Of a stretch of DNA of 36,136 bases, positions 32,275-36,136 are shown piece by piece. The notes under the pieces were generated by a model, which did no database searches, was not told the DNA's origin, and saw only the letters and a program-made list of their open reading frames with translations. Numbering within the stretch: position 1 is the stretch's first letter; each line of letters starts with the position of its first letter. Both the position numbers and the translations under genes were made by a program. Origin of the DNA: Macrostomum lignano (taxonomy: Eukaryota); the NCBI GenBank assembly GCA_002269645.1, contig NIVC01003069.1, positions 1 to 36,136 on the forward strand, in the 5' to 3' direction.

Positions 32275-33665
32275 GATATGTGAGTGACTGTGGCTGATAG
32301 ATCAGCTAGATATGTGAGTGACTGTGGCTGCTAGATCAGCTAGATATGTGAGTGACTGTGGCTGCTAGATCAGCTAGATATGTGAGTGACTGTGGCTGCT
32401 AGATCAGCTAGATATGTGAGTGACTGTGGCTGATAGATCAGCTAGATATGTGAGTGACTGTGGCTGATAGATCAGCTAGATATGTGAGTGACTGTGGCTG
32501 ATAGATCAGCTAGATATGTGAGTGACTGTGGCTGATAGATCAGCTAGATATGTGAGTGACTGTGGCTGCTAGATCAGCTAGATATGTGAGTGACTGTGGC
32601 TGATAGATCAGCTAGATATGTGAGTGACTGTGGCTGATAGATCAGCTAGATATGTGAGTGACTGTGGCTGATAGATCAGCTAGATATGTGAGTGACTGTG
32701 GCTGATAGATCAGCTAGATATGTGAGTGACTGAGGCTGCAGATAAGCTAGATATGTGAGTGACTGAGGCTGATAGATCAGCTAGATATGTGAGTGACTGT
32801 GGCTGCTAGATCAGCTAGATATGTGAGTGACTGTGGCTGATAGATCAGCTAGATATGTGAGTGACTGTGGCTGATAGATCAGCTAGATATGTGAGTGACT
32901 GAGGCTGATAGATCAGCTAGATATGTGAGTGACTGTGGCTGCTAGATCAGCTAGATATGTGAGTGACTGTGGCTGCTAGATCAGCTAGATATGTGAGTGA
33001 CTGTGGCTGCTAGATCAGCTAGATATGTGAGTGACTGTGGCTGATAGATCAGCTAGATATGTGAGTGACTGTGGCTGATAGATCAGCTAGATATGTGAGT
33101 GACTGTGGCTGATAGATCAGCTAGATATGTGAGTGACTGTGGCTGCTAGATCAGCTAGATATGTGAGTGACTGTGGCTGATAGATCAGCTAGATATGTGA
33201 GTGACTGAGGCTGATAGATCAGCTAGATATGTGAGTGACTGAGGCTGATAGATCAGCTAGACATGTGAGTGACTGAGGCTGATAGATCAGCTAGATATGT
33301 GAGTGACTGTGGCTGCTAGATCAGCTAGATATGTGAGTGACTGTGGCTGATAGATCAGCTAGATATGTGAGTGACTGAGGCTGCTAGATAAGCTAGATGT
33401 GTGAGTGACTGTGGCTGATAGATCAGCTAGATATGTGAGTGACTGAGGCTGATAGATCAGCTAGATATGTGAATGACTGAGGCTGATAGATCAGCTAGAT
33501 ATGTGAGTGACTGAGGCTGATAGATCAGCTAGATATGTGAGTGACTGAGGCTGATAGATCAGCTAGATATGTGAGTGACTGAGGCTGATAGATCAGCTAG
33601 ATATGTGAGTGACTGAGGCTGATAGATCAGCTAGATATGTGAGTGACTGTGGCTGCTAGATCAGC
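32275..33665. repeat. 34-bp minisatellite GATATGTGAGTGACTGTGGCTGATAGATCAGCTA, about 41 copies
   Basis: Directly visible; highly homogeneous. Confidence 0.98.
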
Positions 33666-35507
33666 AAGATTGTTCTTTCTGATACAGCGCGCCATAAAGT
33701 ACAGAAATAAAGTTAAAATTATGGCAGTTCAGCGTGAGCAGAGTTTGAGCTCAGGACTCAATCAAGCCGGGCTAAGCTGTCAACAGTTGCCGCACCGTCA
33801 GAGCAGAGAGAGCAAGGCGGCAGCCAGCAGCTGGCCTTCAAGAGCTGTCCGGCGGCACTTCAGGCCGCAATTTCCCTCCCGTGCTGCGGGTCAACACGGG
33901 CTGAGAGCTCCGCTGAGCAGTGGGCGGCCAGCCACTCAATGCTGCTGCTGCTCTCCCCTGCTTCCGCAATAAGCCGCGTCAATCACAGCCGGGATGCCGG
34001 AGCCACAGGAGAAGGAGATTGCAGAAGAAGTCGGTCAGCAAAATCTCAAAATTGATTTCTGAGTTCCATACCCGCGCTGACTTGGCCAAGTCATTGTTGT
34101 CACAGCTGCCACACAGAGGACATCCGGCATTGCTGCGGCCCTCATGCTGAGGGACTGTGGGTTTTAGTTCCCGTTGAGTCTGCAAAGCCCCAGGCTGACA
34201 CCGGCAATGAAAAGAGGAGCGGCCGGTGACGCGGGATCGGAGAACAGGATCGTAGCATTTGCAACACTGAGATCGCAGAGTGAGTCGCTCCCGGCTCTCT
34301 ATTCAAAGGTATGGGCCATACATTTGAGATCCCCGAGACTATCACTTCTATGTGGGGATTTCTAGTGGAGTCAATCAGTAAGCTAGGTTAGTTTCGAGAA
34401 ATTCTCCAGGACAATAAGCGGAAGAGTACGCGGTTGAGACAGGCAGATTTGGAAGCACAGACTCTTCAGTTTAGTTAAATACATATGTAGTTAGTTACTT
34501 TGGATGCTGCCAAAGTCATAAAAGCCACAACTATATATTCTATTTTGATCATGCATACTCGTCGTAATGACAAAAGTAATGACAGCCTTAATTGCTTGGG
34601 TCACCCGGCTTCCTGCTGTATCATCGCTTCTTTGACGCTTCATCGAAGCTTTGGACGAGGTTTGCTTCTCTTCTTTCATAAGACCCGATGCTCGATAATT
34701 TTAATAGCTCTGCGTTATTATATTATATCATTATGCTGGAATTATACGGGCAATATGCTGTAATATTCTATAAATTTGACGATATTAACACAAGGGGTTT
34801 GGAATACCCGGATTTATAGCGAAGTAACTGTGCCTTTCAATAAAGCAAAAACGAATGGTATTTTAGTCTCAAATTTATGAATTCGGAAAATCTATCAACA
34901 ATCAAGAGCTGATTATTTAGTGTCTTTACATTTTTCGAAAAATAATTTCAATGAGTGATTTTTTGTTTTTCGCTTTCAAGCATTTTCGATTTCAATTCGA
35001 TATATATGGAGCCCGGCTCACGAGGACAAGACAAGACCGCTATCGCGAGACGTACTCTTTGCATATGCTCGTTCGTTTTTATTTCAAGGTTTTTCCTTCG
35101 TTAAAAATATCAGTACTTACCGCACCCAGTGTAAGCTTAATGTTGTGCTATGACTTTACTTTGAAATAACGTGAATTTACATGTCCACGATGTTTGAAAT
35201 TTAGTTTTTTTCTGGTTTTTTGTATGTCTTGCTGCAGATAATAAAGATGAATAACCGAACAGGAATAAAAATTAAATGAAGAGGCCTATATTAGAGTTCT
35301 TCCACTAGAATATATCAAGTATGCCTCCTGCCTTTCCTTTTCCATATACTACACACACCATTTTATCAATTGTCGTAACTCTCTTCTTGACTCACAAATT
35401 AAATTTTGTTTGTATATATATTTAGAAAGCTACTCTTTATATTTGTTGTTAAATATATCTTATAAATGTATTTTCTATATTTTAAAATAACTTTTAGATT
35501 GACAAAA

Positions 35508-35713
35508 ATGTAGTTAGCTAAAGTGCTTCTCATTTTGACTCTTCTGGTTTCTATCCAACTTGGACCATGTTTAGCCTAGAGGCAAGATTAAACAACCAAC
35601 CAGAAGGCAGCAAGGGAGAAGACAAGAATCAAAGATTGAACTGGATATAGAGACCTAAGAGAAAACAGAGTACAAGCCAAATGGAGATATGTGCAAATAA
35701 AATGAAGAAATAA
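35508..35713 (+). pseudogene. Probable pseudogene paralog of the secreted peptide gene (copy 1)
   Basis: Acceptor TTTTAG ends at 35497. M*LAKVLLILTLLVSIQLGPCLA aligns with copy 2. After a -1 shift: LEARLNNQPEGSKGEDKNQRLNWI*RPKRKQSTSQMEICANKMKK*. AATAAA follows at 35735-35740. Confidence 0.6.
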
Positions 35714-35895
35714 CAGAAATTTATAATAAGCTTTAATAAAGTATATCAGTTTTGTAAATAGAATATATCAAGTGTGCTTCTAAACATTATAGTAAATCAA
35801 GTGCAATTAGTGTTTATGCTTGGCTGATGTTCATTTGTTAAATATTTATATATAACTATATATTGTATCTTTCTATAACTTTTAGAATTGAAAGA

Positions 35896-35982
35896 ATGCA
35901 GTCAGCTAAAGTGTTTCTAGTTTTGGCTCTTCTAGTTTCTATCCAACTGCACCATGTTTAGCCTGCAAAAAAGTAAAAACAT
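35896..35982 (+). CDS. Small secreted Cys-rich peptide gene (copy 2), signal-peptide exon; needs +1 nt at ~35948
   Basis: Acceptor TTTTAG ends at 35885 and ATG is at 35896. With one T restored, as in the paralog's CAA CTT GGA CCA, it reads MQSAKVFLVLALLVSIQL-APCLA-CKKVKT. Donor T|GTAAGT at 35983 is phase 1. Confidence 0.65.
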
Positions 35983-36079
35983 GTAAGTCCACTTTTTAAC
36001 TAAATATTTGCACTTGTCTGACAAGGCTCTCTTCGCATGGCTTTACATTTGGCCTTCTGCATTGTTGTTGCTCACTCAG

Positions 36080-36136
36080 GTTACAATGGTTGGAAAGCAG
36101 GAGCATGCCTTGCTGCTGGAGGCAGCAGCTGCTGTT
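36080..36136 (+). CDS. Small secreted Cys-rich peptide gene (copy 2), second coding exon, 3' truncated by the window end
   Basis: Acceptor CACTCAG ends at 36079. T|GT = Cys, then YNGWKAGACLAAGGSSCC. The phase matches the 35983 donor (97-bp intron). Confidence 0.6.

Noticed and set aside
24296-33665. CRISPR-like appearance of the 29-, 20- and 34-bp arrays
   Set aside because: Units are head-to-tail with no unique spacers, no cas genes are present, and the context is eukaryotic with spliceosomal introns.
23300-34350. Short ORFs (60-195 aa) in the unique blocks between arrays
   Set aside because: No domain motifs, no GC3 codon bias like the real exons, and no phase-consistent exon chain found.
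34780-35285. Possible non-autonomous DNA transposon or other dispersed repeat within the AT-rich island
   Set aside because: I could not identify terminal inverted repeats, a target-site duplication or transposase remnants; a repeat-library search is needed.

Overview
Eukaryotic (metazoan) genomic DNA. GC3-rich exons separated by minisatellite-filled introns suggest the flatworm Macrostomum lignano; this is an inference and was not verified. Contents: (1) <1..13038 (+): the 3' part of a 9-exon gene encoding at least 7 fibronectin type III-like repeats, a thioredoxin-like (TlpA-like) domain with a WCVAS (CxxS) motif, and a Ser/Gly/Arg-rich tail. All eight GT-AG junctions are phase-compatible, but exons 1-3 carry several apparent 1-bp deletions in base runs, probably long-read errors. 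(2) 23045..21537 (-): an intronless Shaker/Kv1 voltage-gated K+ channel whose S4 lacks one Arg triplet. (3) 35.3-36.1 kb (+): an AT-rich island with two tandem small secreted-peptide gene copies that the ORF track misses. They share a conserved signal-peptide exon but have unrelated downstream sequence; one looks pseudogenised and the other splices into a Cys-rich peptide that runs off the window end. About 45% of the window (roughly 16 kb, estimated by eye) is 17 distinct tandem arrays with 12-78 bp units, several of which amplify the adjacent splice site. Nearly all long ORFs in the track are repeat or antisense artefacts. No CRISPR array, rRNA, tRNA or autonomous transposon is supported.
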